A stretch of DNA of 63,203 nucleotides, filler included, from Octopus bimaculoides (lineage: Eukaryota): the NCBI RefSeq assembly GCF_001194135.2. It is 6 parts of 6 records of this genome, joined end to end, with 100 filler letters (N's around TTAATTAATTAA, not from the genome) between each part and the next. Parts side by side here need not be neighbours in the genome. Positions count along the whole stretch, not along the records: positions 23,364 to 46,836 come from NC_068983.1; 5 more parts are not named here. One strand, 5' to 3'. The translations under genes and the position numbers were made by a program. Positions within the stretch are counted from its first letter, which is position 1. Each line of letters begins with the position of its first letter. Of this stretch, positions 26,531 to 39,732 are shown piece after piece. The notes below the pieces were generated by a model. It saw only the letters and a program-made list of their open reading frames with translations, was not told where the DNA came from and did not search any database.

Positions 26531-26944
26531 TCAACAAATAATTTTTTTTCCAAAATTAAATGTTTGAAAGAGAACCAGAGGAACTACATTATCATCATCA
26601 TCATCATCATTATTATTATTATTATTAGTGAGTGAGAGAGAAGTGCATGCCATCAAAGTGACACTGGGGTAAAATATATAAAGCCCAATATACCCAACAT
26701 GACTACCCGTTTGATAAGGGTACACCAGTCACATGCATCACAACCATATGTGCGCATCATGGTGATCTCATATCAAAATAAAAAGCGCATGATCTCGCAG
26801 GTGGGGCCCAGTTAGAATTTTCTTCAGGTCGAGTAGCCCATCCTGCTCAAAAGGTCCCTGAATAAGGTTTGTTTAAGGATGTTGAGCAATACACCCATGT
26901 TTCCAAATGTGAATTATTCAAACCCCAAATATGAGTGTATATAT

Positions 26945-26956
26945 GTATGTGTGTGT

Positions 26957-27003
<47 letters not shown>

Positions 27004-27205
27004 TGTGTGTCTGTGCTTGTCCCCCAAACATCGCTTGACAACCGTTGCTGGTGTGTTTACGGACCGGTAACTTAGCGGTTCGGCAAAAAAGAACGATACA
27101 ATAAGTACTAGGCTTACAAAGAATAAGTCTTGGGGTCGATGTGCTCGACTAAAGGCGGTGCTCCAGCATGGCCACAGTCAAATGACTGAAACATGTAAAG
27201 AGGAG
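26945..27205 (+). mobile_element. SINE group B 3' half
   Basis: (TG)n followed by ttgtcccccaaacatcgcttgacaacc...ggcggtgctccagcatggccacagtcaaatgactgaaaca. Confidence 0.85.
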
Positions 27206-27466
27206 GGAAAGAGAGAGAGCGATAGTGATATATATATATATATATATATTTACATATATGAACATATACATATACGTATGCATATGTGTGTGTATGAACG
27301 TATGTATGTACGTATGTATGTATAATTTCATATGTTTATCAAACTTCCTATATATTGTCTAGATTTCCCATGACATTTTTATGCATACGAGTACAGTATT
27401 ATATGATGTGACATTCCTTTTATCTAAATATGAAAGTACATCTTAATATCTTATAGAGGCATAACC

Positions 27467-27885
27467 AAGCGACCTGGCAGAATCATTAGCACGCCGGGTA
27501 AAATGCTTGGCAGTATTTCGTCTGTCTTTACGTTCTGAGTTCAAATTCCGCCGAGGTCGACTTTGCTTTTCATCCATTTAGGGTTGATAAATTAAGTACC
27601 AGTGAAATACTGGGATCGATGTAATCGGCATGTCCCCTCCTCCCAAATTTCAAGCTTTGCGCTTCCAGTAGAAACAATATCTTACAGAGGCATTACGCAG
27701 CGAGCTGGCAGGATCGTTTGCACGTCATTTCATCCGCATTTAAATTCTGAGTTCGGATTTCATCGACGTTGCCGTTCATCCCTTCGGGGTATATAAAATA
27801 AGTATCAGTTGAACACTGAGGTCGATGTAATCACCTTAATCTCCCTCTTGCAATTGCTGGCCTTGTGCCAAAATATGAAACCACT
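27467..27885 (+). mobile_element. Two tandem SINE group A copies
   Basis: Heads at about 27467 and about 27697. Confidence 0.85.
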
Positions 27886-28207
27886 AACTTACAGAGGCAA
27901 ACGTAAAATGCATCATTGAATTTATTCCTTAGACGTAAAACTGTTTCTTCTTTTACGTCACTTAAAGCAAGTCAGCCCACGCTTTGAAATTAAGCAGTGA
28001 ACACAACTCTAGATTTTTAAATTTACTGATAATATTTTGAGAACCACCTGTTTATTTATCTGGTGAAATGTTTTCATTATACAAGAATTTCAAAAACACA
28101 TTTCATCCTTTAAATCATTTAGTACATTTCAAACTGCGTCACCATCTTTTCCTGAGATAACACCGATATTAATTCAAATCTGTTGTTTTATTTATTCCTA
28201 AATTACA

Positions 28208-28313
<106 letters not shown>

Positions 28314-28995
28314 CATTTTAGCTTATACGTTTAGGAGCTTATTCTATTAAGCCATTCTGTACGTTTGACATTATTGGGCGGCATATTTATTATATTGCAT
28401 TTGCTTTGTATCTTGTTCTTCAGTATAATGTTTGGTTTCTCTTGCTTCAAGAATCAAATACATGCTATCGTCATCGTCGTCGTTGTCATCATCAAAATTA
28501 ACAAGGTATCGTCGTCATCGTTATCGTCATCATCATCACCAATCCAACAACTACGACCCGATCATATAACAGCTACGTAAAAACTAAGCTTCGCGCAACA
28601 CTATCTGAAGACAGAATTTTGGAGAACTATCAGAGCTACAGAGAATATGTTGCTTGAATATTTTTGTAAAACCCAGCTGCATTTCGTTGACATAGTGATA
28701 ATGTAGGAGAAAGTAAAAAAGTAAACTTCAATATCGTTGCTTAAGGAAAGACAAAAGCGGATTAATTCTTCCCTCAAGTCAAGCAGCACAGAAAACCCTT
28801 CCGGATATATCGAGAGAAAATATTACACTTGAAAATCACAGAAGCACCGGCGCTCCTTGCTGTGACTTTAAAACTGAAAACGCATCGAAAACGTGGGCTG
28901 TAATTGTCAAGTTTACCCCCACCCTATATATATTTGCATTGTAGTCCATGGAGTAACGTAGGACATGAATCACAATATGAGGCATTAAACACATG

Positions 28996-29353
28996 TTTAG
29001 CGAAAGCAGTGGTATTGTTTTCAGTCGTGTTTGTTAGTTTTTCCGTCGACAAGATACCTCAAGAACCACTGGATGGATTCCGATGAAACTTTCAGGTATG
29101 TTCGGCCTCATGACGTGCACGAATTGATTAGATTTCGGGATCGATCTGGTAATGCACAATGATTCTGGATTATTTTTAAAGTTTTTTTTAACTTAATTTT
29201 TGAGAGCGGTCGGGTTCCTTTTTAGTATTCTCGTTTGTGGGCGAAGTCGAGTTTGTTTCAGATATTCTCATTTTAAAAATCATCTCTGGCTAATCGTTGA
29301 GAGGACGTTGGTGTTGCCTTGGCGGAGGTTTGCACTCTCTAAGTGCTATTGTT
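28996..29353 (+). mobile_element. Helentron/DINE-1-like non-autonomous rolling-circle element
   Basis: gttttcagtcgtgtttg, ggatggattccgatgaaactt, subterminal ccttggcggaggt, and 3' hairpin GCACT-ctcta-AGTGC (29332-29346) followed by tattgtt. Confidence 0.6.
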
Positions 29354-29736
29354 AATGATGTGTCTACTCTCATTACGGCTACGCGTGGAGTTCCCAACGG
29401 GCTTGGGGAGAGGAGGCGCAGTAAAAATTCCTGTTTGTAGACCCAACTCCAGCAGCCATACTCGCGTTTTCCAGTTATAAAGCCAAGTAATCTTTTCTTT
29501 TTAATGAATGCTTGTTTTCACGAAAACAAAAGAAGCAGACATTCCACTCGGAAAGGACAAAACGTATCAGGTTTGAACAGTTTCTTGGAATCCTGGTCAG
29601 TTTCATAACAGCATAGTACAAAAGTTTTTACAAAACAGTTTTTTAAACAAAAACATACCTGCGATATGATGGGTATGTCCTGCCGATTGAAAGATGTGAT
29701 GATGATGATAATAATAATAATAATAATAATGACAAT

Positions 29737-29798
<62 letters not shown>

Positions 29799-29810
29799 TA
29801 ATAATAATAA

Positions 29811-30048
29811 CAATTCCTAAGCGACTTAGGTATGATAAAAAATATTCAGACAAATACATAACAAAAACACCAGGACTTACAAATATATATAACATACAGA
29901 AAATTGCACTACTGGGCACAGCACATCCTACGCAAAACACTTTCAATACAGTAACCATAAGAGTATCACAGCAAACCACAGCACATACCCAAGGCGCACA
30001 GAGTTGCGCTCGGTAATGAAGTGAAAGCACGTTATAACAATAAAACTA

Positions 30049-30111
<63 letters not shown>
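29811..30111 (+). mobile_element. R4/Dong-clade LINE 3' end within (TAA)n
   Basis: Encodes the restriction-like endonuclease tail IQKIALLGTAH plus 3' UTR; (TAA)n on both sides (29707-29810 and 30052-30111). Confidence 0.75.
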
Positions 30112-30112
<1 letters not shown>

Positions 30113-30339
30113 TATATAATACCTGCATTATTCAGCCCAGAGATAGCATACGAGAAGTAATACTTTAAACTTATAACACAAAAAGAACGAAAGGCAACCC
30201 GACCAAAATAATGACTATCAAGATGAAAGGGCGGACATTATTCTTCGGATGCCGCAAATAAAATCAAAAATGCATGAATGAACATGTGAGGCATATATTT
30301 CAATCCTAGACTCCGATCTAACAACAGTGGTCGTCAATA

Positions 30340-30470
30340 CAGAGAAAACAAGAACATCACAACAAACCACAGCACATATCCAAGGCACAGAGAGCTGCAC
30401 ACTCGGTAGTGCAGTGAAAACGCGTGATAAAAATAAGACTATTGACTAATAATAATAACAACAATAACAA
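30340..30470 (+). mobile_element. Second R4/Dong 3' UTR fragment
   Basis: caaaccacagcacatatccaaggcacagagagctgcacactcggtagtgcagtgaaa matches 29973-30027; short (AAT)n tail. Confidence 0.75.
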
Positions 30471-30664
30471 CATATACATTTATAAGCCCAATGCTGAAAT
30501 AATCAGGGATGCAGAGAGTTGATTACATTCAACCCTGTGCATAAGTGATAGATATTTCAGCTGAGAACATAGACGGTCGAAATGCCGATAAGCATTTCGT
30601 CTGGCGCTTTATATTATCATTACATACGTCGTCATCATCATCATCATTATCAACATCATAACAG

Positions 30665-31092
30665 TAATATTTTCTATTACAGGCGCTAGGCCTACAATTA
30701 CGGAGTAGGGAGATAGTGGATTTCATCGTCCCCACTGCGAAAGAAGAAAAATTCAAACTGAACCTGGGCGGAAGTTAAACTCAGAACGTCAAGAGGGACA
30801 AAAATACCGACAGTCATTTTGTCCGGCATATTATCGATCCTGCCAGCTCGCCACCTAACTATGATTATAATAATAATGGTTTCAAATTTTGTCACTAAAG
30901 CAGCAAATTTGGGGGAGGGGATGAGTCGATTACATCGACCCCAGTACGCAACTGGTACTTATTTTGTCGAACCCGAAAGGATGAAAGGAAAGGTCGACCT
31001 CGGCGGAAGTTAAAATCAGAACGTAATGACGTACGAAGATGCCGCTAGACATTTTGTCCAGCATGCTATCGATCCTGCCAGCTCGCCGACTT
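30665..31092 (-). mobile_element. Two tandem SINE group A copies
   Basis: Heads (ctgccagctcgcc) at about 30841-30853 and about 31077-31089. Confidence 0.85.
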
Positions 31093-31227
31093 ACAATAAT
31101 AATAATAATAATAATAATAATATGTATATATATATATTTATATATGCTTATACATAGATAAATATGTTTATGTATATGTATGTTTGTATGTGTGTGTGTA
31201 TACGCATATACATATAGACATATACGC

Positions 31228-31265
<38 letters not shown>

Positions 31266-32099
31266 GTGTGTATTTATATATATATGTGTCTGTGTGTGTG
31301 AGTGTATGTATGCATGTATGTATAAATATATATTTATATATTCATACATGGATAGCGGAAAGCTGAATATTTGTCTGCACGTGTGCGTCTGTGCGTGTAC
31401 GTGCGTGTGTGTGTATGTATGTGTGTGCGTTCACAAGCATGCCAGAATGTGCTGGCATAAACCAGTCACTGTTCTATATAATGATGGAAATGGAAAAGCA
31501 GCAAGAAATAATCTAGGTCTATTACGATCGTATCGATGTAGAATTTTGGAATGTTTTCAAAAGTGTTGATTTTGTTTACTTCAAAGTAATTTTATCATAA
31601 AATATATAACTCGGCCATACAAACTCAAAGATACAGATAATTAATATTGATCAAATAAGAGAAAGTAACTCTGAAGACTGCTCATTCAGAATGCAGCTAT
31701 GTCAGATACAGTAACTGAGAGGTATAATTGATGTTTTAAATTTACCAATGAAATTATTTGAATGCTGTTTTATTAACAACATACATATCCCACGTTTTGT
31801 AATAGTAATATTGATATCTAGAATAATACATATAGATTCACATAAATACGTATACACACACACTCAGATCGTTACAAGTAACCACACACACAGGCACACA
31901 CATATAGATATTATACAGATATAATTATACCTATGCATAAATATACATAACGTTTGTGTGTGCATTTGGTATGCATGTATGTGTGTATGCATGTAGGTAC
32001 GTATCTATATTAGTTACTTATAAGCGGCGGAAGCAGTATTAGTACTGTGTAGACATCTTTATAACCTACTTCACGCTGGAAAAAAAATATATATATACG

Positions 32100-32133
<34 letters not shown>

Positions 32134-33054
32134 ATACAAAAAATATATATGCACGTATACACACATATATGTATATACGTTCATCTACTTATATATCATA
32201 GATGATATATCATAGATGATATATATATATATAAACAAATAGTAAATGAGTATATGCATATATACGTACAGGTATGTGCATACCGACATCCACCTGTATG
32301 TATAGGTGCATATCTGGGTACAGGGCATTGCAAACAAAACGTAGACGAGAAAACACACAAGCCACATAGAGAACATTCTTCTTCATCAGCTACCCCCGTT
32401 TTAACACCGGCGTTTCGAAGAGCTGGGTAGGACGCATCGTTAAAACGGCTCTTCCCATGGACCGCAAATTAAATTTGTATACACAAATTAAACCTTGCCA
32501 TGGAGGAATGTAGTGGCGGACAAAAAACAAGACAGGAAAACAAACAGAAAAGGTTATACGGCCAGACGGGAAAAATTATGTGTATGAACGCTGTGAGGCA
32601 CGAACTTGAAAGTGGGGACGAAGTAAGTTCGCGTGTTTGCTCGGCGATAGCCAAGGAAGAAAAGGATTATTGACCGGAAGCATGTGACCATGCCGGTGTA
32701 AGGGGAAGAGAGAGAGAGTGGTAGAGGGAGAAACAAAGGGAGGAAGTAGAAGAATATATATATGTATGTATGTATGTATGTATGCATGTATGTACACACT
32801 TAAGAACGCACATACACACAAACATATACATATACACACACACATATATATACACACACACACACGACCGGCAGAAATGATTTGTTTATAGTGACTAAAT
32901 GTATGTGTTGTACATTAGTTGACTGTCTCCATCAAATCTACGTTTCCTGAACAGGTGCACACTGTACCACTCGTGAAGTGTCGATGCGATGGGAGAGCAA
33001 CGTAAGATGTTTTTTTTTGTTTTGTTAAAGAACACAACGCACCAGTCAGTCCCG

Positions 33055-33616
33055 GAAGCGATTTTTTTTTTTACCACGAGACTCCCGGACGCCAGCAATG
33101 AACTCATTTGCATACAGCCAATCAGAGCTCACCTTGACTTTGATGTCAAGTTAACAAACACATTCTACCAAGTAAACTCGGGACGAAGAACGGTGTTGTA
33201 AGTTGACCGATCGCCAAGTTATGCCTGATTTTAAAAGGAGACAAGTAATTAGATAGATTTGCATCTATACCTATTATAGGATTTTGTTAGGGCCCCATTT
33301 AGTAAAGATGTGGATAGGGAAATTGTGGGTAGAGGGTGACGTGCTAGCAACCCTCTCCCCTTACTGTTTTACAAAGCAAACAACAACACAAATAATTATG
33401 CAGAGGCAGCCATGGTTGAAACAAGAACAAGAGCAACAAGCATTCTTAAAAGAGACAAGAAGCATGACCATTCCTTACCAAAGTGACCTCATCTTACCGC
33501 CCATCACTTACGCGCTCATAAATTAGTTTTGATAGTTGAGTTCTGATTGGCTGTACGCAAATGTGTTCATAACTGGGGTCCGGAACTCGAATAAGAAAAA
33601 GAAAAAAAATCGCTTC
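33055..33616. mobile_element. Putative non-autonomous DNA transposon with about 78-bp imperfect terminal inverted repeats
   Basis: 33055-33131 (gaagcgattttt...atttgcatacagccaatcagagctca) pairs with 33537-33616; about 400-bp spacer. Confidence 0.6.
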
Positions 33617-34315
33617 GCGGAATTGATACCACGATCTCTCGATTGTGAGTGCAGCACACCAACACCTAAGCCATGCGCCCCCTGAACACAGTGCATCGAG
33701 ACAAAAGCAGGATACTAATGATACAGGATAGAAAGCTAAAAACCGTTATACTTGCAGAACAGAACACAAGTTCAAAAGCAAAATGAAAGTAACGGAAATC
33801 AACAGCTTTTCTTTTCTTATATATGTTTCTGGTGATCTCGTTGTGGACTCCATCACCGGTTACCGTCGTGGTGGAAGTGTGGTAAAGTTAGATAAGTCGT
33901 TCTCGTTGTTCGCATTCTTCTCTATTTTAATGTTATTGTAGTTATTGTGTTTTTTTCTTATCTATTGTTGATGCTGCAACTGTCATTACGACTATATTTT
34001 GCGTTCACAAAGAGAAGGCGGAGAGAAGGCTGAGTGAAACTCTCTATTTGTAGACATAGCTCCAACAGACATCCATGTGATTGCAAAGCGAGTTCTTTAC
34101 AACACAGCAATGCCTGCGTCTGGGGATTGAACTATTTATGTTTATTTCCTATGACAGCACAAGTTCAGCTTATACAGTCATGGCAGAGAGGATGCATCCT
34201 GAAACTTCGGTGTCTCTAAGATTAAGATATTCTGCGTTAGACCGAACGCAACGAAAAATATTCTCTTATTGGAGAAGCCTTCTTAACTGAAAATCTGTAC
34301 CGTACATAAATAAGT

Positions 34316-34599
34316 GCGAAGGAGCATGGCCTGGTCGTTAGAGTATTGCACTCGCGATCACCACATCGCAGATTCGATTCCAGCAAGTGCTGTGTTCTTG
34401 AGTAAAACATTTCATTTCACATTGTCCCATTCCACACAGCTGTAAATGGATAACCCTACGACAGAATAGTTTTCAGATCAGGGAGAATGTTGGCGCGCTG
34501 GCCAAGCCAGAGGAAGGGGGCATTCGAAAGCGGAAACGATGGAAAGCGCACTATGTATAACAACATCTGATAGCCTAGTCGATCACGAGATCACGTGAT
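34316..34599 (+). mobile_element. SINE group C with 10-bp target-site duplication
   Basis: tRNA-like head (tggcctggtcgttagag...gattcgattcc) and gtgttcttgagtaaaaca core; ATAAATAAGT at 34306-34315 and 34600-34609. Confidence 0.8.
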
Positions 34600-35319
34600 A
34601 TAAATAAGTACAGATAACTAATGCAATCAGAGTAGATAATAAGAAACTATTCCTGTTTATTTTAACCATCATATATTAACCATTACTACCGCATCGGGCT
34701 TCAAGCTATACGCGCCTTATTCAACACTGCAGAACACTAGAGTTTAGTTACAAGCAACAACATCAACAGCAACACCAATAACAACAACAAAAGTCACAAT
34801 GAATTTTAAATATTTCTGTTTTTTTATTGTATGCTTGTTCTTTTACCTTCCTTGAAAACAAGTAATTGAAAGATATCTGCGATTTTTCATTATCTAAATT
34901 CTAAAACGCTAAACAAACTTTGGTTCGCTCGCATAGATTGAAATAATATCGACTACGTAAATATTAAGAATTGGATGCTAATAACATTAAATAATCAATT
35001 GACCTCGTTGACATCTGTCTGAAGAAAGAATTTCAAATACTGTAAACATATAATATAGATTAATGTACATGTCTATTTTCGAGGCTGGTTGGTTTTCAGT
35101 TCGTCACTTGTTTTCGGTGTTTAGCCCCAAGTCAACACTAATAAAACGATCTTATGATCAAAAGACATTCCCACAGAGATATATATTTTTTTCTTGTTTC
35201 GTTTTTTTTTATTCAGATATATGCTATATCCAATAATTCATTATTTAATGTGTTCCCGTCGATTTAAATTGTAGGATGTAACATGAAGAATATTTTGGGG
35301 ATAGTCTAAGCAAGACGAA

Positions 35320-35805
35320 AGGCGGTGAACTGGTAGAATTGCTAGCACGCCGGACGAAATGCTTAGCGGTATTTCGCCCGTCGCTACGTGGTGAGTTCAA
35401 ATTCCGCCGAGGTCGACTTTACCTTTTATCCTTCGGGGTCGATGAAATAAGTACCAGTTACGCACTGGAGTCGATGTAATTGACTATCCCCATTCTACCC
35501 AAATTTTCAAGGCCTTGTGCCTAGAGTAGAAATAAGCTTAAACACGACGTGTGATCACATTATTTCATTGATGAAAAGAGCGGTGGGCTGAAAGAGACGT
35601 TAGCACGCCGGGCCAAATGCATAGCGGCATTTCGTCCATCTTTACGTTCTTAGTTCAAATACCGCTAAGTTCGACTTTGCTTTTCATCCTTTTAGGGTTA
35701 ACAAAATAAGTAAAATAAGTACCAATGAAAAATGGTGGGTAGATGTAATCCATTTTTCCACGTACCTCGAAATTGCTGACCTTGTGCCAAAATTTGAAAC
35801 CGATA
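35320..35805 (+). mobile_element. Two SINE group A copies
   Basis: Heads at about 35320 and about 35578. Confidence 0.9.
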
Positions 35806-36785
35806 TTTCGTCAATGAATTCCTTTTAATTAGCTTTTCTCAACTGGGATACCTGAAGTGCATATAAGATCCTTGGTTGGTCTACACTAGCAAAATGATAG
35901 GCTGGGGATCCACGGTAGCATTTTAAATTTCCATATAAAGTTTCTTTATAAATGTATCTATTGTAAGACACAGGTTTTTTTTTCCTAATGTTTTACGCTA
36001 TTTAACCTAGGGCAAGTCAATGTGTGAATAACAAAATAGGAATTTTCAAAGATGCATCTATAAAAATAGTTTGGCTATGAGGGGTCTGCCACAATGAAAT
36101 ACTAATCAAAAGAGTTATAGATAAAAATGGTTAAGACCCATTGCTTTTAATAGCGGCGTAGCAAGAATTTGTGCCGTTAGGTGAGTCTTGAATTTGAATA
36201 CCACCAACCCATGTCTCCCATACAGTCTCGTACAGCAGACCCAAAAGAGCCGGCCTCATAAAAGCGCCGCCCGGGTTGGATTGCCCTCCTCGCTACTAAA
36301 CTTAGCTACACTACTACCTTTCGAATTTATGTATCCGTTTATTATTTATTTATTAATATGTTTGTTACATGCTCATTAACATTATTACTTCATATCGGTG
36401 TGTTTGGTTATATAAAAGTGATAATGCCGAAAGAACAGACAACAGGTGAAGTCGATGAGTCTGTATATTTCTTTTTATCTAATTCAGATTGAACATTTTC
36501 AAATATCTAACTTTGCTAACATAAAGGCTACCATTTATACTTATATATAAAGTATCTGAGAAAAAATATATTCCCAAAGTGTAGCGGTCATATATTTTGC
36601 GTTGACATACAAGCAAAGAAAACATGAAGTCTCTTCGGAGCTTCATGTTGCTTACGGCCATCATCTTATTTTTGTATAACTCTAAACCAATCAGACCTGA
36701 TTGATAAGACTTATGATCAAAAGTTTTCCATCGATATACATTTCATTGCTCTATGAATATATAAGTCACGATTAACCAAAAGATT

Positions 36786-37240
36786 AAGGCGGAGAGCTGG
36801 CAGAACCGTCAGTACGCCGAACAAAATGATTAGCGGCATTTTCGCCCGTCTTCAAGTGCTGAGTTTAAATTCTTATTCCTTTATTGCCCACAAGGGGCTA
36901 CACATAGAGGGGACAAACAAGGTATTAAGTCGATTATATCGACCCCAGTGCGTAACTGCTACTTAATTTATCGACCCCGAAAGAATGAAAGGCAAAGTCG
37001 ACCTCGGCGGAATTTGAACTCAGAACGTAACGGCAGACTAAATACCGCCAAACATTTCACTCAGCGTGCTAACGTTACTGCCAGCTCGCCGTGTTGAGTT
37101 TGAATTCTGACGAGAACAAACTTGCCTGTCATCCTTTCAGAGTTGAAGACATAAGTATCAGTTGAACACTGGAATCGATGTAATGGATTATTCCTTTCCC
37201 CCAAAATTCCAGGCCTCGTAGCTATTGTAAATAGGATTAT
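36786..37240. mobile_element. Nested SINE group A (antisense copy 36873-37090 inside an older sense copy)
   Basis: 17-bp duplication gtgctgagtttaaattc (36856-36872) / gtgttgagtttgaattc (37091-37107); the host body resumes after the insert. Confidence 0.85.
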
Positions 37241-37898
37241 TATCCAATCTGTCCTGTTCTTACCTAAGACAACGAGGTGTGGTTTTAAAGAAATTTAGCA
37301 GTTATTTCTAGTAGACGGAGGGAATACACAACAGACTGTTTCTTGTAGCACATTCCAGTACATTGTGATGTAGTAGTTGATGTCATTTTTTAAGGTCAGT
37401 TCTGTACGAGCAAATTGATACTGAAATGCGTTCTGGCCATCGCACAGTATTGTACGACTCTACCTAACGTTGTTGAATGATCTTATGTTTTAAGATTGTG
37501 GAACGAAGAAAGCTTTTTTTGCTATTTCTAACTTGTAAACTAAACTACACAGTATCTCTGCTGCTTCCGTTGTGGTAGCATGTGTTGAACTGAGTAGAAC
37601 GTTCGATGCAATAATATATACATATATCTATATATATATGAGTTGTTTATGTGCATGTGTTTATAGATACGTGTGTGTGTGCGTGTGTTTGTGTGTGGAT
37701 ATAGAAAAGGAATTCATACGCGAAGCATAAACTTACCAGTTATAATGATACGCCATTGATTACAAAGTACTCTATGATACCATCTTCCCTCTTCCTTCAG
37801 CTAACATGTTTCAATGCTGCCTCCTTTCTCGATCAACCGTACGCTAAACCACATACCACACACACACACACATACATACACACACACACACACACACC

Positions 37899-37958
<60 letters not shown>

Positions 37959-38848
37959 GAAATTCAGGCGCATTGTTTGCGTGTATTTAGATATTTGTGT
38001 ATAGATGTGTAAATATATATATGTATAACCATTTGCATGCAAGCATATCTACACGACTAGGCGAAAAGCGCTTCATTTAATATGTGACGTTAATAAAAAT
38101 CTGTAAATGTNNNNNNNNNNNNNNNNNNNNNNNNNNNNNNNNNNNNNNNNNNNNNNNNNNNNNNNNNNNNNNNNNNNNNNNNNNNNNNNNNNNNNNNNNN
38201 NNNNNNNNNNNNNNNNNNNNNNNNNNNNNNNNNNNNNNNNNNNNNNNNNNNNNNNNNNNNNNNNNNNNNNNNNNNNNNNNNNNNNNNNNNNNNNNNNNNN
38301 NNNNNNNNNNNNNNNNNNNNNNNNNNNNNNNNNNNNNNNNNNNNNNNNNNNNNNNNNNNNNNNNNNNNNNNNNNNNNNNNNNNNNNNNNNNNNNNNNNNN
38401 NNNNNNNNNNNNNNNNNNNNNNNNNNNNNNNNNNNNNNNNNNNNNNNNNNNNNNNNNNNNNNNNNNNNNNNNNNNNNNNNNNNNNNNNNNNNNNNNNNNN
38501 NNNNNNNNNNNNNNNNNNNNNNNNNNNNNNNNNNNNNNNNNNNNNNNNNNNNNNNNNNNNNNNNNNNNNNNNNNNNNNNNNNNNNNNNNNNNNNNNNNNN
38601 NNNNNNNNNNNNNNNNNNNNNNNNNNNNNNNNNNNNNNNNNNNNNNNNNNNNNNNNNNNNNNNNNNNNNNNNNNNNNNNNNNNNNNNNNNNNNNNNNNNN
38701 NNNNNNNNNNNNNNNNNNNNNNNNNNNNNNNNNNNNNNNNNNNNNNNNNNNNNNNNNNNNNNNNNNNNNNNNNNNNNNNNNNNNNNNNNNNNNNNNNNNN
38801 NNNNNNNNNNNNNNNNNNNNNNNNNNNNNNNNNNNNNNNNNNNNNNNN

Positions 38849-38899
<51 letters not shown>

Positions 38900-38931
38900 T
38901 ATACATATATATATATACACACATATGTATG

Positions 38932-38982
<51 letters not shown>

Positions 38983-39165
38983 GTATCTGTTTATGCATCT
39001 ATATATACATATGTATATCTGTGTGCATGCGAGTGAGCGTGAGTTTGTGTGTGTCTGTCTAAACATATACGCTCCACATATAAACATATATCCATACATA
39101 TAATAAATATAGAGTTAGATATCAGTTTATCTCTGTCCATCAAGCTATTTCCTTTCTGAACTCTC

Positions 39166-39217
<52 letters not shown>

Positions 39218-39223
<6 letters not shown>

Positions 39224-39438
39224 GCATCTTTTGTTTCACTCGCACCCTATTTCTCTACATCATTCTATCTTCTCTCTCACCTCTTATTCTCCCCCCTTAC
39301 TTTCTCTCCCTCTCCCCCCTCTCTCTCTCGCAGCATCTTTTGTTTCACTCGCACCCTATTTCTCTACATCATTCTATCTTCTCTCTCACCTCTTATTTCC
39401 CCCCCTTACTTTCTCTCCCTCCCCCCCTCTCTCTCTCT
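39218..39438. repeat. Two-copy 109-bp tandem duplication
   Basis: ctcgcagcatcttttgtttcactcgcacc... is repeated with period 109 and a few differences. Confidence 0.9.
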
Positions 39439-39571
39439 GTAATTCCGTTATTGAGGAAAATGAAGAATGATTCCAGTATTCTGCCAGAAATAGCTTTCCA
39501 CGCTGACTGCTTTCAATCATCAGGTTCTACGCCATACATCAATGGAACGCTGGAAACTGGCAGTATTTTAC

Positions 39572-39614
<43 letters not shown>

Positions 39615-39689
39615 GTTATTATTATTACTATCATTATTGTTGCTATCGTTGTTTTACTGTAGTTGTAGGTGTTGTTCCTATTTTTGTTG

Positions 39690-39732
<43 letters not shown>

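Noticed and set aside
33830-33900. LVVDSITG (Walker B-like) and TGDGV (P-type ATPase-like) peptides on opposite strands
   Set aside because: Too short, with no splice or neighbouring-motif support; likely chance.
34060-34290. Acceptor-like sites giving DIAPTDIHVIAKRVLYN or AQVQLIQSWQRG
   Set aside because: Short, with no convincing donor and no recognisable family.
39470-39530. Minus-strand CTGATGA...GAAAGCTA hammerhead-like spacing
   Set aside because: No credible helix II and a mismatch at the first helix I pair.
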